60,986 nucleotides of DNA from a virus (taxonomy: Duplodnaviria; Caudoviricetes), in the IMG/VR virus record IMGVR_UViG_3300033182_001015, positions 1 to 60,986 of that record. The stretch is one strand, 5' to 3'. Positions 33,799 to 44,929 of the stretch are shown here, one piece after another. The translations under genes and the position numbers were made by a program. Every line of letters starts with the position of its first letter. Position 1 is the first letter of the stretch. The notes under the pieces are model-generated. The model ran no database searches. It was given only the letters and a program-made list of their open reading frames with translations, and was not told the DNA's origin.

Positions 33799-36054
33799 AT
33801 GGCATTTTATAATATCGGTGAATCTTTTAAATGGTTTATGGGTCGAGTGGTTGAACTTGATCCTGTAGAAGATCCACCAGAAGAAAGATATATGGGCCGT
33901 GTAAAAGTACGAGTATTACACGACCAAACTGGTGAGTTAGGAAAAGATACATCGCCATACGGTATCGTTGATAGCGATTTGCTATGGGCGTGGCCGCTCT
34001 CGTCTATTCAATCTGCTTCACTGAGTTATCGTAAAATCGTAGAGCACGAAGAATATCAAACTCCATTTTGGATTGATGCGGTTGGTACATCTCCTACAGG
34101 TTTAGCAGTTGGTACATATGTGTTTGGTTTTTATCTCGACGGACATGAAGCCAATATCCCTGTTATTTTCCAAACATATCATAAGCTATCGATATATCCT
34201 GAACCGCCGACAGATGGAGATAATAAGTTCTTACAAATAAAAGAACCAGAACAAGATTTTAAATATTATGATATATCTGGTTTGGCAAAAGGTTTTCATA
34301 CTGATCCACAGCGTGAGCTCAATCATCCGATGGGTCAAGATATGCCAACTGACACTGCACCTGAAGAAGGTGGTCAGATATTGCCAAAGCACTTTAATAA
34401 ACAATATTCGCCGAAAGGTTATCAAAAAGGTGGAATGAATATTGTTTGGGAACCGCCATCAGATTATGACACAAAATATCCTTTTAATTTAACTCATACA
34501 ACTAAATCAGGTCATGCATTTGAAATAGACGATACGCCTGGTCATGAACGTATTCAATGGTGGCACAGATCAGGAAGTTATGAGGAAGTGTCAAACGGAC
34601 CACCTGAAAAAAATAGAGATGGTTTAAAAGGCGAATATCCTTTTGCTATGTTTAATGGCTGGAATGAACCAGGTGATCACCATGAACCAGGTTCTCCTAA
34701 ACAAAAATGGGAAGGTCGTCGAGTACGTAAGACAACCGAAAGCGAATATAACCTTGTATGGGGTAATAAAGAAACACTCGTAAACTCGAGCTTAAAGTTA
34801 GAAGTTGCTAATAATTCTACAACTGGTTTAGGTAATAATCAGATTCAGACAGTTGGTAATAACGTATTCCTCGCTGTCGGTTATTATCCACGTACTGCGA
34901 ATACAAAGGTACATAGCGGTGAGTCAGCACGATATCAGTTAAAAGATTCGTGGGACAAAGAAACAACAGTTGATAATGCATTAGCGAGTACAGATAAAAA
35001 GAAACAGATTATTCCTGATACACATAAGTTTGATTTTATTACAGATGTAGCAAACAACGTACAGTTGTCTATTGGTTGGACATGGAAAAAAGCGAGAGAG
35101 TTAGATACACATTCTGAGAAAAACAATTATGTTGAGATAGCAAATAATCAATATACATCTCTCGGTTGGATACCACAAAACAATTATGATAAGGACGGTG
35201 AGAGTAGACAACTGTCCGACTTTGAGAAAACCAATCAATACTTCGATATCAAAGGTAATAGCGTTACTAATATTGGTTGGAAACCGAAAGACGAGGCACG
35301 TCTATTAACTGATAAGGATATTAATAACGTAGTAGTTGATATTAAAAATAATAATTTGATTAATCTTGGTTGGCATCCTATTGATGAAGCACGTCAAATT
35401 AATTACGATACAACTACTAATTATAGTTTAGACATCAAGAACAATAGTTTTATTAATATCGGTTGGAATCCTCAAGAAGAAGGACGTCCAATCACTACAG
35501 ATGATATTGCTAATCATGTTGTAGATGTCAAAAATAATCATATGTTGAATATTGGTTATGAGCCTGCAGACACCGATACGCGTAAGCTATCAAGCGACGA
35601 TACTTATAATTATTATGTTGATGTAAAAAATTCGACATCGATGTCGACACAAAATAATTTCTATTTGAATGTAGGTAATTTACCAAAAGACGATATACCG
35701 AGAACAGACAAAGTTAGAAGTTTGTTTATTAGTACATCAAATGATAGAGTTGATCGTGTTGGTAAAGATTATGTAATAGATATTAGAGGTAATGCTAATT
35801 TCCAAACCATCGGAAATACTTTATGGGATTTCCACGGTTTAGCAACATTTGATGCACGTAATGAATTTGTTTTGAATTCTCCTGTTGGTATTACTTTAAA
35901 CGCACCATCTGTTGTTGTTTTAGGTCCGCTTTATGCGCAAAAAGGTGTAGGTCAACCAATCAAATTGGCAGCATCAGGAACGTTTACAGCTATGAATGGT
36001 AGGGTAATTACAGTTACAAATGGTATTATTACGGATATTGGCGATCCGCAGTAG
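33799..36054 (+). CDS. gp5: Baseplate central spike (gp5-like) without a lysozyme domain
   Basis: WFMGRV..GRVKVR OB fold, VFGFYLDG, YPFN...TKSGH..EIDDTPGHERI...HRSG. Confidence 0.9.
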   Translation: MAFYNIGESFKWFMGRVVELDPVEDPPEERYMGRVKVRVLHDQTGELGKDTSPYGIVDSDLLWAWPLSSIQSASLSYRKIVEHEEYQTPFWIDAVGTSPTGLAVGTYVFGFYLDGHEANIPVIFQTYHKLSIYPEPPTDGDNKFLQIKEPEQDFKYYDISGLAKGFHTDPQRELNHPMGQDMPTDTAPEEGGQILPKHFNKQYSPKGYQKGGMNIVWEPPSDYDTKYPFNLTHTTKSGHAFEIDDTPGHERIQWWHRSGSYEEVSNGPPEKNRDGLKGEYPFAMFNGWNEPGDHHEPGSPKQKWEGRRVRKTTESEYNLVWGNKETLVNSSLKLEVANNSTTGLGNNQIQTVGNNVFLAVGYYPRTANTKVHSGESARYQLKDSWDKETTVDNALASTDKKKQIIPDTHKFDFITDVANNVQLSIGWTWKKARELDTHSEKNNYVEIANNQYTSLGWIPQNNYDKDGESRQLSDFEKTNQYFDIKGNSVTNIGWKPKDEARLLTDKDINNVVVDIKNNNLINLGWHPIDEARQINYDTTTNYSLDIKNNSFINIGWNPQEEGRPITTDDIANHVVDVKNNHMLNIGYEPADTDTRKLSSDDTYNYYVDVKNSTSMSTQNNFYLNVGNLPKDDIPRTDKVRSLFISTSNDRVDRVGKDYVIDIRGNANFQTIGNTLWDFHGLATFDARNEFVLNSPVGITLNAPSVVVLGPLYAQKGVGQPIKLAASGTFTAMNGRVITVTNGIITDIGDPQ
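34855..35700 (+). repeat. About 7 imperfect ~33-40 aa repeats in gp5 (NN.x.IGW.P..E.R)
   Basis: e.g. NIGWKPKDEARLL, NLGWHPIDEARQI, NIGWNPQEEGRPI. Confidence 0.75.
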
Positions 36055-36063
36055 GTAAAAAAT

Positions 36064-36759
36064 ATGTCAGTAGAAGCTACAGTAGCAAGAATTAATGAGA
36101 TGAAGGCGGAATTAGAAGCCGCCACAGGAGTCACTGAAGTTGAAATTCCGGGTCCTCCCGAAGGGACAACCGCAATGGTTGCTGGCGAGTTTAGTTGTGA
36201 AAGACTCGAATTAATTGTAGAAGAGCATGTAAAAGGTGTGACAGATATTATTAAAGAGAAAGCTGCAGAGATTTCCGCTTTGATGTCAAACTATGCACCG
36301 ATACTATCTGTTCCATCTAATCCAATGAAAATCATATCATGGGCCAAAAAAGTTGTATCAGGTATTGCTGGACCTGCAGTCGCAGCTGCGATTGAATTAG
36401 CCATTGATATTGCTCAACTTGCTGGCGCAATCGCTGGTCTCGCAGCGGCGGCCGCGGCAGCTGCAAGTCGATTAGCTAATTGTATTACTAACTTAGTTTT
36501 TGATACTTTGCAAACTTTAAAAAATACTTTATTAGAAAATGCTGTCAAGCTATATGATCAAGCATTAGGCATTTATGAATCATTAAAAGATCAAGCTTTG
36601 GAAGATCTTGGTTATAATGAATTATTGGCATTGAAAGACGATGTTCGTGGACAAGTCGATGGTTTGATGGCTACTGTAGGTGATATTGAAGCATCGGTTG
36701 ATTCGTTGCAAGATAGCGCGGATACACTTTCTAATATCACAATTCCTGGAGATATTTAA
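36064..36759 (+). CDS. Ala-rich helical hypothetical protein (tail-associated)
   Basis: Between gp5 and gp25; operonic. Confidence 0.7.
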   Translation: MSVEATVARINEMKAELEAATGVTEVEIPGPPEGTTAMVAGEFSCERLELIVEEHVKGVTDIIKEKAAEISALMSNYAPILSVPSNPMKIISWAKKVVSGIAGPAVAAAIELAIDIAQLAGAIAGLAAAAAAAASRLANCITNLVFDTLQTLKNTLLENAVKLYDQALGIYESLKDQALEDLGYNELLALKDDVRGQVDGLMATVGDIEASVDSLQDSADTLSNITIPGDI

Positions 36760-37478
36760 TGCAAGACATGCATGGAAATGGAAATAGCGACGGTAAAACA
36801 GGAAGTTTATGGGGCTGTGAACGAATACATGGACCACCTGGCGGACCAGAAGAACAGTCTGGAAGTAATACTGTTACACATATTTTTACTGGTGTATTAG
36901 TACCATCATTTACTATACCAGTAAGAGTTCAACCGACAACTGATAACGCGGTTTTAGGTATTGGTCAAGTTTTACCAGCACGTCCATATTTGACAATTCC
37001 CATAGCAAATACAGAGACTTTTCCTGGCGGTTCCGTTGATTCAAATAATGAAGTCGATTTTATTACGTACTGCGAAGTACTGCAATCAAAAGCTGAAACT
37101 TTAGCAGAAGATTTACAAACACTATACAATGAAAAGATTGCAGTAGCGATTGGATCCGCGGGCGCGGGTGCAGGCGGAGGCGGTGTTAGTGAAGGTGTAG
37201 GTAATAGTTGCGAAGAAGACTTTGAAATCAAAGCAAATACATTTGTAATTAATTGTAATGCACTCATTGTTGATCAATGTGAAACTGCGCCTCCTGTCAC
37301 TTTTACGACAGGATCAGTTGATATTACAACTGATGGTTCTGACGTAACAATTACTAATGGTTCGGTCACACTCACAATCAGTGGTAGTACAGTCAATGTA
37401 ACAGGAGGCACGCTACAAATTGGAGGTGAAGATGTTGCAACTGAAGCATATGCAGACGCTGCCGCCGGCGGCAGCTAA
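36759..37478 (+). CDS. Hypothetical spike-associated protein; C-terminus possibly disrupted
   Basis: Beta-helix-like T/V/G C-terminus; coding-like sequence continues past the stop to 37597. Confidence 0.65.
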   Translation: MQDMHGNGNSDGKTGSLWGCERIHGPPGGPEEQSGSNTVTHIFTGVLVPSFTIPVRVQPTTDNAVLGIGQVLPARPYLTIPIANTETFPGGSVDSNNEVDFITYCEVLQSKAETLAEDLQTLYNEKIAVAIGSAGAGAGGGGVSEGVGNSCEEDFEIKANTFVINCNALIVDQCETAPPVTFTTGSVDITTDGSDVTITNGSVTLTISGSTVNVTGGTLQIGGEDVATEAYADAAAGGS

Positions 37479-37619
37479 TTGCAGTTAGCGGCGCCGGCTC
37501 AAAGCGCAGCAGAATCCTATGCTAATAGTATTGCTGGGTAGAAGTTGATGGAAACACCACGCCGACAGAATATACTGGTTGGGCAGGAACACCATAAATA
37601 AGAATTAAAAGAGAAAAAT

Positions 37620-38051
37620 ATGGGTGTAAAAACAGCTAAGAAAAACTCAGAGTTTCAAGAGGTTACTGATCAGGAAGTTTATAGTGACTTCAATCATACC
37701 TTTTTGCCTCATCCAAGTACAAAACAAATTGGCCGCAAAACAAATGTTGATGCGGTTAAATTAGCTGTACGTAATCTGATATTGACTAATAAATATGAAA
37801 GATTAAGAAATCCAGAATTTGGAGGCAATATTAGTCATTATCTTTTCGAACCGTATAGTCCCTTGTTATTGAGAGAAATTAGTGATGAAATCAAAACTAT
37901 GATACAGACGTATGAACCGAGGGTAGAAGTAGAAGACGTAGTAGTAACTGGATCCGAAGATAATTTAGAGCTCGACGTAAGAATTACTTTTTCAGTTATT
38001 ACATCACAAGTTTCACAAGATCTCGATCTCACACTTTATAGAGTAAGATAA
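37620..38051 (+). CDS. gp25: Baseplate wedge subunit (gp25)
   Basis: YSDF, AVK.AVRNLILT...ER...PEFG, YEPRV; CATAAATA promoter upstream. Confidence 0.95.
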   Translation: MGVKTAKKNSEFQEVTDQEVYSDFNHTFLPHPSTKQIGRKTNVDAVKLAVRNLILTNKYERLRNPEFGGNISHYLFEPYSPLLLREISDEIKTMIQTYEPRVEVEDVVVTGSEDNLELDVRITFSVITSQVSQDLDLTLYRVR

Positions 38052-38052
38052 A

Positions 38053-39828
38053 ATGGCCACTAGTAGTAACGATCTCACAACACTCGACTTTGAATCGGTT
38101 AAAGAGAATTTAAAAACATATTTAAAAGCTCAACCAATCTTTAACGATTATGATTTTGAAGCTTCGAATATTAATGTTTTGCTTGATATTCTAGCTTACA
38201 ATACTAATTTAAATGGTTTCTATTTAAATATGATTGCAAATGAAATGTTTATGGATTCTTCGTTGTTAAAAGATTCTATCATTTCACATGCAAAAGAACT
38301 AAACTACTTGCCGCGGTCATTTAGATCAGCTATTGCTACAGTCGATATAGAATTATCTGATTCATCGCCCGACGCTACTATTACTATTCCACGTGGTACA
38401 TCATTTACTGGTTCTTTGGGTAATAAATCATTTACATTTACGACAGATGAAAATATTCAGGCTATTGCTACTACAAGCGGTAAATTTGAAGCAAAAAATG
38501 TATTCTTATACGAAGGTGACTACGTACAAGATTCATATGTTACTTCTGTTGATAATCCGCAATATATTATTTCTAATAAAACAGTAGATACAAATAGTAT
38601 TCGCGTCACCGTTATCGAAGATAATGGCGCGGAAGTTTTATCATATACGGTTCGTGATTCACTTTTCGATATTAGTTCTATTGATCAAGTATTCTTTATT
38701 CAACCAGCTGTTAATGACACATATGAAATTATATTTGGTGATGGTGTCATTGGTCGGAAACCTAAATTAAATTCTATTGTTGTAATTGAATATCGTACAG
38801 GTAACGGAGAATTACCTAACGGTATTAGTATATTTACTGCAGATGACGATATCGGTTCAGCAACAGTTGAAAATATTACAACTATATCAGCAGCAACTGG
38901 TGGTTCAATTCCCGAATCACTAGAATCTATTAAGTTTAACGCGCCTCGAGCATTTACTACACAAGAACGAGTTGTAACTGCTCAAGATTATGCTACGCTA
39001 CTCAGAGCTAATTTTTCTGAGATTAATGATGTAGCCGCATATGGTGGAGAAGAATTTGACCCGCCTATGTTTGGACGTGTTATTGTGGCTGTAGATTTAA
39101 AAAATACTGATGATCTACCGCAGAGCTATACGAATAAGTATAGGCAATTTTTAAAGCCGCGTAGCCCTCTTTCTATTAATCCGATGTTTATGAAACCTGA
39201 ATACATGTATTTGTCTATTAATACAAATGTCAAATACGATATTTCGCAAACAAGTTTGGGCGTTGATGACATCAAAACTCTTGTTACTTCAGGTATTCAA
39301 AATTTTAATCAAGAAAATCTTGACGGTTTTAATAAGACATTGTTTTATAGTAAATTAGTAGCAGCTATCGACGACACACAGACAGCTATTATTAGTAATG
39401 ATACAACTGTTAATGTATCACGTTATATTCAATTATCACGCGTAGAACGAATGAATTACAGATTAGACTTTGGCATGCCACTTGTCAATGATATTAGATC
39501 AAAACAAGGCACACATAGTTCTGGTCAAAGATCTGTAGTCACATCATCTGTATTTGTATTTGATGGCACAACATGTTTTATTGAAGACAACGGATTAGGT
39601 ATATTGAATATTGTGAGAGATGAAACTCATACAGTTTTAGCAGAAATAGGCCGTGTAGCTTATAATACCGGTGTAATAGAACTTGATAACTTTTATGTTA
39701 ATCAAGATTATAATCAATTAAAAATTACTGTAACTCCGAGAGAAAAAGATATTGTTGCTGCGAAACGAAGTATTTTGCGTGTTCTCGAAGATGATATTAA
39801 TGTAGCTATTACACAGGTTAGAAATTAA
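38053..39828 (+). CDS. gp6: Baseplate wedge subunit (gp6)
   Basis: LDF..VK.NLK, FNDYDFE.SN, LAYNT, E.FMDS, FGDG, ESI...AP, R.VTA.DY, GGEE. Confidence 0.95.
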   Translation: MATSSNDLTTLDFESVKENLKTYLKAQPIFNDYDFEASNINVLLDILAYNTNLNGFYLNMIANEMFMDSSLLKDSIISHAKELNYLPRSFRSAIATVDIELSDSSPDATITIPRGTSFTGSLGNKSFTFTTDENIQAIATTSGKFEAKNVFLYEGDYVQDSYVTSVDNPQYIISNKTVDTNSIRVTVIEDNGAEVLSYTVRDSLFDISSIDQVFFIQPAVNDTYEIIFGDGVIGRKPKLNSIVVIEYRTGNGELPNGISIFTADDDIGSATVENITTISAATGGSIPESLESIKFNAPRAFTTQERVVTAQDYATLLRANFSEINDVAAYGGEEFDPPMFGRVIVAVDLKNTDDLPQSYTNKYRQFLKPRSPLSINPMFMKPEYMYLSINTNVKYDISQTSLGVDDIKTLVTSGIQNFNQENLDGFNKTLFYSKLVAAIDDTQTAIISNDTTVNVSRYIQLSRVERMNYRLDFGMPLVNDIRSKQGTHSSGQRSVVTSSVFVFDGTTCFIEDNGLGILNIVRDETHTVLAEIGRVAYNTGVIELDNFYVNQDYNQLKITVTPREKDIVAAKRSILRVLEDDINVAITQVRN

Positions 39829-42764
39829 TGGCAGTCGATGTCGAAAAATTAATTAGTCCGCTGGTACAAAATCAGTTTCCTGAGTTTTATAAAAAAGAAG
39901 GTGAGCTGTTTATTACTTTTGTCAAAGCGTATTACGAATGGTTAGAAACACAGACATTTATAGACGCTGATGGCAATACTGTAGAAAATCCTGCTGCTGC
40001 ACTATATCATTCTCGTCGATTAGCTGAATATAGAGATATCGATAAAACAATCGAAGATTTTATTGTTGACTTTAAAAACAAATATTTGCCTAACGTACAG
40101 TTTAATACTGCAACGAACAAGCGACTTTTTATTAAAAACGCACTTGATTTTTACAGAGCGAAAGGCACAGAGCGTGCCGTTGATTTATTCTTTAAACTCG
40201 TTTATGGTCTAGAAGCACAAGTCTATTATCCAGGTGATGATTTATTTAGATTGTCAGACAACTCATGGCAAAATGTTAGATATATCGAAATTATTCCTAA
40301 TCCCAATAATATAAATTTTGTAGGTGAACCAATCTTTGGTGTTGAAAGTAATGCCCGGGCATTTTGTGATAAGCTTGTTAAAGTTAAAAAGGGTTCTAAA
40401 CTCATTGATGTTCTCTATTTGTCGGGCCTCGTAGGAACATTTCAAGCAGGAGAAGATGTACAATGTTTTCCTGATCCTGAAAGCGAAGGAAATAAAATCG
40501 TTAATAAAAACACTATCATCGGTAGTTTAAACCGATTTGAAATTATCAGTTCAGATTCAGATTTTGGTATCGGCGAAAGAGTTTATGTAGCAGATGGTCT
40601 TGGCAAAAGAGCGACAGCACTTGTAAGCTCTACAGAATCTGCTATTGGAATTGTCGATTTTGAAATTATTGATGATTATAAGGGATGGGGATATAGTGCA
40701 GATGCAGAGGTAATCGGCACTGATAGAATAATCCAAGCAAATCAACTCGTATTTGAAAACACAGATTATTTTTATCATAAAGATCCGTTTCAACAATTTG
40801 ATCTCGCTAAACAAGATTTAATTACGCTACGCATAGAAACAGCTAATACGAATTTAGATGATATTGATTTGTTAGATGAATTGACAGTACACACTAATGA
40901 TGATTATAATCAAAATGTAGTGTTTACTTGCACAGTTGTTGAAAAAAATGTTATCGACGATTTATTAATTTGTAACTATACAAAAGAGAATTATACACTC
41001 AGTAGTAATAATATTCCCATGACCGATGATAATCGAGAAATTTGGGGACAAGAAATTACTACATTGTTTGCAAATAATAGTGGTAATACGGTTACAGTTG
41101 TTTTAGAATCAAGTAATAGTTCGTTAGATACCATCGTAGATTCGTCAATACAAGCGAATGTCATTGCTGTAGGTAATACACTTACTATTGAATATTCGAA
41201 CAATAATGATGTTGTATTGAAAATTGGAGATGTTCTTACTCAGCGTGAGCCAGTAGCTCAGCAACGTTTTGCATATGTAACAATTGACAATTTATTTGAA
41301 ATACCAAATGAGAATAGGTACTTCATTAATGGTACACGAACATCCGGCTATTTTAGATCTAACATGGATTTCTATCGTGAATCAGATAATGCTGAATTTA
41401 CAATTGAAGGTCTGTCAAATGTACAGATTGGTTTAATTCAATATGATGCGCAGATTAATAAGGGCACACCATTTAAAAGGTTGGCTAATACATATTCTGC
41501 TAATACTAGTTTGAATTCATTTATACCGGGATCATCTGAAAACCGTAGTTTTACATATGTTGATAGAGCGAAATTTAGAGGCCCGGATATTGCTTTAACA
41601 AATCAAGTTGATTTCTTTTATTACAATGCAATCGATTCTAATGGCAATCCATTGAAATTAAGTTCGCTTAATCTAGATACTATTATAGCAAATACCGAAT
41701 ATATTGACAGCGATGATCAAGCAAATTCAGATTTTTACTACTTGTCATCTGATGCGAACAATACGATTGAGTTTTCTAATACAATATTAGAAGATGCATT
41801 AAATTATACAAATACAGCAGTAACCGTTGGTGGTTTAGAATCAATTGTAATGACAGATCCTGGCGATGGATATAGCGCAGATCCAATGTTTTTAGTTTAT
41901 GATGCGAGAGCACATCATTTAGAACGATATGATTTTTATATTAAGTTTTTATCTGAAGGAGAAGCGAATGACTTGCAAAAGGCTTTTCAGGTTGGAGAAG
42001 AAATAAAAGTTGAAACATCGTATGCTCGCGGTATTATTACATCATTCAATGTAACTACTCGTGAAATGACTGTAACTAGAACTTATCTTTCTAATGAGAT
42101 GGATGATGCTAATACTGCTATAGAAGAAAACAATTTGTGGACAGAAAAAGATTTTAGAATTGGTGATACGATCGTAGGACAAACAACAGGTATTGCAGCT
42201 GTCATTGAAAATGTAAACGAAATGAGAATGATGCCGCGCACTGGTTTGAATGCTAGAATTTCATCTAAAGCCAAATCAGGTGATGGATTTGTGACTGGAT
42301 TATCGATTCTTGATTCAGGATTTGGTTATTCTGGTAAAAAATATGATTCAACGTTTGACTCATATGTGCCCGGAGAACCTTTAAAATTAAAATCATTTGA
42401 TGATGAAAATAAAAAAATTAATGTCGAAGGTTTTGTTGAAAAAAATGGTGTGGCTCCTGGTTTGCATCCATCAAGAAGGTCTTTTCTTAGTTCAGATAAA
42501 TACCTTCAGGATAATGATTTTTATCAAGAATATTCATATCAAGTTTTGACTGCACTACCATTTAGTCAATACAAATCAACATTAATTGAAGTGTTGCACT
42601 TGGCAGGAAGTAAGCCATTTGGAGGCTATAAAGGTACTGCTGAAAATGAAATTAACATTATTAGTACTAGTTCAGAATCAACATTCGATATTAAACAATT
42701 CGGATTATTCATAAACGAAAATACGTTTGCACTTGGTGGCAATACGGTAATACAGTCTACGTAG
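39828..42764 (+). CDS. gp7: Baseplate wedge initiator (gp7-like)
   Basis: QFPEFY, F.KAYYEWLE, FYRAKGT, LQDNDFYQEYSY, H.AG. Confidence 0.85.
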   Translation: MAVDVEKLISPLVQNQFPEFYKKEGELFITFVKAYYEWLETQTFIDADGNTVENPAAALYHSRRLAEYRDIDKTIEDFIVDFKNKYLPNVQFNTATNKRLFIKNALDFYRAKGTERAVDLFFKLVYGLEAQVYYPGDDLFRLSDNSWQNVRYIEIIPNPNNINFVGEPIFGVESNARAFCDKLVKVKKGSKLIDVLYLSGLVGTFQAGEDVQCFPDPESEGNKIVNKNTIIGSLNRFEIISSDSDFGIGERVYVADGLGKRATALVSSTESAIGIVDFEIIDDYKGWGYSADAEVIGTDRIIQANQLVFENTDYFYHKDPFQQFDLAKQDLITLRIETANTNLDDIDLLDELTVHTNDDYNQNVVFTCTVVEKNVIDDLLICNYTKENYTLSSNNIPMTDDNREIWGQEITTLFANNSGNTVTVVLESSNSSLDTIVDSSIQANVIAVGNTLTIEYSNNNDVVLKIGDVLTQREPVAQQRFAYVTIDNLFEIPNENRYFINGTRTSGYFRSNMDFYRESDNAEFTIEGLSNVQIGLIQYDAQINKGTPFKRLANTYSANTSLNSFIPGSSENRSFTYVDRAKFRGPDIALTNQVDFFYYNAIDSNGNPLKLSSLNLDTIIANTEYIDSDDQANSDFYYLSSDANNTIEFSNTILEDALNYTNTAVTVGGLESIVMTDPGDGYSADPMFLVYDARAHHLERYDFYIKFLSEGEANDLQKAFQVGEEIKVETSYARGIITSFNVTTREMTVTRTYLSNEMDDANTAIEENNLWTEKDFRIGDTIVGQTTGIAAVIENVNEMRMMPRTGLNARISSKAKSGDGFVTGLSILDSGFGYSGKKYDSTFDSYVPGEPLKLKSFDDENKKINVEGFVEKNGVAPGLHPSRRSFLSSDKYLQDNDFYQEYSYQVLTALPFSQYKSTLIEVLHLAGSKPFGGYKGTAENEINIISTSSESTFDIKQFGLFINENTFALGGNTVIQST

Positions 42765-42773
42765 AGATAAAAA

Positions 42774-44927
42774 ATGGCTAAGACACTCGTTCCAGCAGAG
42801 TTCAAGACACATATCATCGATCAGTTACTCGAGTCTATTACTGAAACGAGTAATACTACTTATTATGCATTTATCGGTGATCATGAAACTGTAGCCTCTA
42901 CAATCGAAGAAGTAAATCAGCCATTAGAAAACGTAAAGAAAACAAACCAATTTGTTTTCCGTAATATGATTTATGGTAAAAGATTGACAGCATCAGATAT
43001 TAGATTTGTAGTGAATCGTCATGATTGGGTTTCTGGTACAATATATGCGATGTATGATGATGAGGTTAGCGAACTACAAGATAAAAACTTCTATGTAGTT
43101 GTTGACGAAGATTCATTTAAACACGTTTATAAGTGTCTGTCTAATAATAATGGCTCGCCGAGTGTTTATCAACCTCTTTTTCAAGACGCAAAATATGATG
43201 CTGATCTTTATACCGAGGGAGATGATTACTATCAAACAGCTGATGGGTATCAATGGAAATATCTATATACTATTGATTCGACTACTTTTAGTAAGTTTGC
43301 ATCTCAAAAATATATTCCTATCGTTGCTAATACTACCGTACAAAATAACGCAGTCGAAGGAGCCATCGATGTAGTGAAGATTGAATCTGCAGGTAAAAAT
43401 TATAATAACTATGTTATCGGAAAATTTGCTCTTAATGACTTTAATAGAATTGGATCTAATTTTAGTGATTATGGATTTACTGCAGCCTCGACCGTATATA
43501 AATTACCTTTGGGATCGAATCAAACAACTAACTATTATCAAAATACTATCATTTACTTAACGAGCGGTACCGGAGCTGGTCAATTTAAAAGAGTTATTCG
43601 ATCTGTAGAAATCGAAGCATTAAATGGTGTTTTCATAGAGCTAGAATCAAACTTTGCTACACTGCCAGATTTTACAACTACATATGAAATTTATCCAGAA
43701 GTTGCGATTATTGGTGATGGTAATCAATCAAAAGATGCAGTGGCGCGGGCTATTGTAGATAGAACGAACGCAAATCATCCAATTTTAAGTGTTGATATTC
43801 TTGAAAGAGGCGCTAATTATTCTTATGCTACAGCTGTTGTTAGAAAAGGTACACCTACAACTGATAACTCCGGTACGTCGATTACTGTTACTGATGCAGT
43901 AGTTCGACCAATTTTACCTCCACAGGGCGGCCATGGCGCTAATACGGCTATTGAACTTGGTGCTAAGCGCGTTTCTTTTTATAGTAAGTTCAATAGAAAC
44001 GAATCAGGTATTGTAGAACCTACAAATACATTTGCGCAATTTGGTTTGATGCGTGATCCTCAATTCGCGAATGTAGAAATATACTACACAGATGAGCAAG
44101 GATTTTTCCTTGAAGGTGAAAAAGTACAACAGTTTACTCAGCTACAAATCTCTGGTACTTTTACATCAAGTACTTCATTGGGTGCTACGATTGAAGCTTC
44201 TGTAGAACAAGATTTCGCTAGAGATCTCAAAGTCGGAGATAAACTTTTACTTAAAACAGCTACGCAGCAACATATTGTCAATGTTGTTTTGGGTTCCAAT
44301 ACTTCTGTAATTACTATTGACGAAACGCCAGTTTTTGCTGATTCTGCAAACGTTTCATGTAATGCCTATTATATAGAAGTACAAGCAGAAGGAACTATTA
44401 CTAATATTAATCCACCTGCAGTGAATGGCGCGAAAGCATTTTTGATCGACAATGTTATTCCAAAATTTAGTAAAGATTCATTGATTTATGGTGTCAATTC
44501 TAAAACAATCGCGACGATAGCAGGAATTGATATAAATAACAGAATATCATCAGAGTTTGCTGATTTTACATTTGATACATTTAATCAAATGTTGCGTATC
44601 GAAGGTACAATTACTGGTGGAGATTTTGTTGAAGATGAAACAGTTACACAAGGTAGTAGCTCAGCTCAATTACATTCGGTGTCTGAAATAAGTGGATCAA
44701 AGAAAACCCTTTCACTGACAAATGTAGTAGGCAAATTTAGAGCGGACACTGAAATCGTTGGTTCTGTGAGCGGCGCATTGTGTAGTCCAACAGCTACTGA
44801 TACATTAGATATAATACCGGGTGATGTTGATCCAAATACTGGTTCGATCATCTACTTACAAAACGATATTCCAGTTGATAGATCAGAAAATCAATCAGAA
44901 GAAATACGCGTAATCTTGGAGTTTTAA
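42774..44927 (+). CDS. gp8: Baseplate wedge subunit (gp8)
   Basis: W.SGT.Y.MYDD, FYVV, VYKCLSNN, DGYQWKYLY, P.GGHG, Q.EEI.VILEF. Confidence 0.9.
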   Translation: MAKTLVPAEFKTHIIDQLLESITETSNTTYYAFIGDHETVASTIEEVNQPLENVKKTNQFVFRNMIYGKRLTASDIRFVVNRHDWVSGTIYAMYDDEVSELQDKNFYVVVDEDSFKHVYKCLSNNNGSPSVYQPLFQDAKYDADLYTEGDDYYQTADGYQWKYLYTIDSTTFSKFASQKYIPIVANTTVQNNAVEGAIDVVKIESAGKNYNNYVIGKFALNDFNRIGSNFSDYGFTAASTVYKLPLGSNQTTNYYQNTIIYLTSGTGAGQFKRVIRSVEIEALNGVFIELESNFATLPDFTTTYEIYPEVAIIGDGNQSKDAVARAIVDRTNANHPILSVDILERGANYSYATAVVRKGTPTTDNSGTSITVTDAVVRPILPPQGGHGANTAIELGAKRVSFYSKFNRNESGIVEPTNTFAQFGLMRDPQFANVEIYYTDEQGFFLEGEKVQQFTQLQISGTFTSSTSLGATIEASVEQDFARDLKVGDKLLLKTATQQHIVNVVLGSNTSVITIDETPVFADSANVSCNAYYIEVQAEGTITNINPPAVNGAKAFLIDNVIPKFSKDSLIYGVNSKTIATIAGIDINNRISSEFADFTFDTFNQMLRIEGTITGGDFVEDETVTQGSSSAQLHSVSEISGSKKTLSLTNVVGKFRADTEIVGSVSGALCSPTATDTLDIIPGDVDPNTGSIIYLQNDIPVDRSENQSEEIRVILEF

Positions 44928-44929
44928 GG

